Below are positions 15,685 to 15,776 of a stretch of DNA of 15,776 bases, piece after piece. Source of the DNA: an uncultured archaeon (lineage in GTDB: Archaea > Iainarchaeota > Iainarchaeia > Iainarchaeales > CSSED10-239); the NCBI GenBank assembly GCA_964468895.1, contig CAYXWT010000013.1, forward strand, positions 1-15,776, in the 5' to 3' direction. The position numbers were made by a program, and so were the translations under genes. The notes beneath the pieces were generated by a model. It was not told the origin of the DNA and made no database searches. It saw only the letters and a list, made by a program, of their open reading frames with translations. The stretch's first letter is position 1. Each line of letters opens with the position of its first letter.

Positions 15685-15713
15685 TTTCTAAAGGGTAGAT
15701 GGCCTTAGCAAAA
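15685..15713. repeat. Copy 2 of the 29-nt direct repeat (upstream of the ORF6N/PLD-like gene)
   Basis: TTTCTAAAGGGTAGATGGCCTTAGCAAAA is 27/29 identical to 14709-14737. It lies 17 nt upstream of the ATG at 15667, or 32 nt upstream of the ATG at 15652. Confidence 0.9.
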
Positions 15714-15776
15714 AAATAAAGAAAATGATGATTATTAGTAGTTTTAATTAATATTTTTTAAGTATACGCTCTAAAC

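Noticed and set aside
15721-15776. Possible 3' end of a further minus-strand gene at the right edge
   Set aside because: Two frames remain open for only 6-9 codons before a stop, which is too short to support any call.

Overview
This is a very AT-rich archaeal window, shown by the MCM, aIF1A, aIF2-beta, RIO kinase and presenilin-like protease genes. The small genes and tight spacing suggest a small-genome, DPANN-like lineage, but that is inference only. Positions 1-7.8 kb are core informational genes, all on the minus strand. They comprise a translation/ribosome-biogenesis cluster (aIF2-beta, DUF424, aIF1A, RIO kinase, KH/Dim2-like), a presenilin/SPP-type intramembrane protease, MCM helicase and an RPA-like ssDNA-binding protein. 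From about 7.96 kb to the right edge the content becomes accessory. It holds a three-gene MazF/PemK-type toxin module with two paralogous small antitoxin-like genes, and a long orphan type II/IV-secretion (FlaI/VirB11-like) ATPase. It also holds a divergent pair of COG1373/DUF4143-type AAA+ ATPases around a repeat- and hairpin-rich 366-bp spacer. Last come two bacterial/phage-style KilA-N-superfamily genes: a Bro-N protein that looks truncated and an ORF6N protein with a PLD-like C-terminus. Each of these two genes is preceded by the same GC-containing 29-nt repeat. No rRNA, tRNA, CRISPR array, transposase or integrase is visible. The most unusual signals are the repeat-bracketed ORF6N/PLD-like cassette with an internal perfect 11-bp hairpin built from rare codons, and the structured spacer between the paired ATPases. 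All family assignments rest on motif recognition by eye, not on searches.
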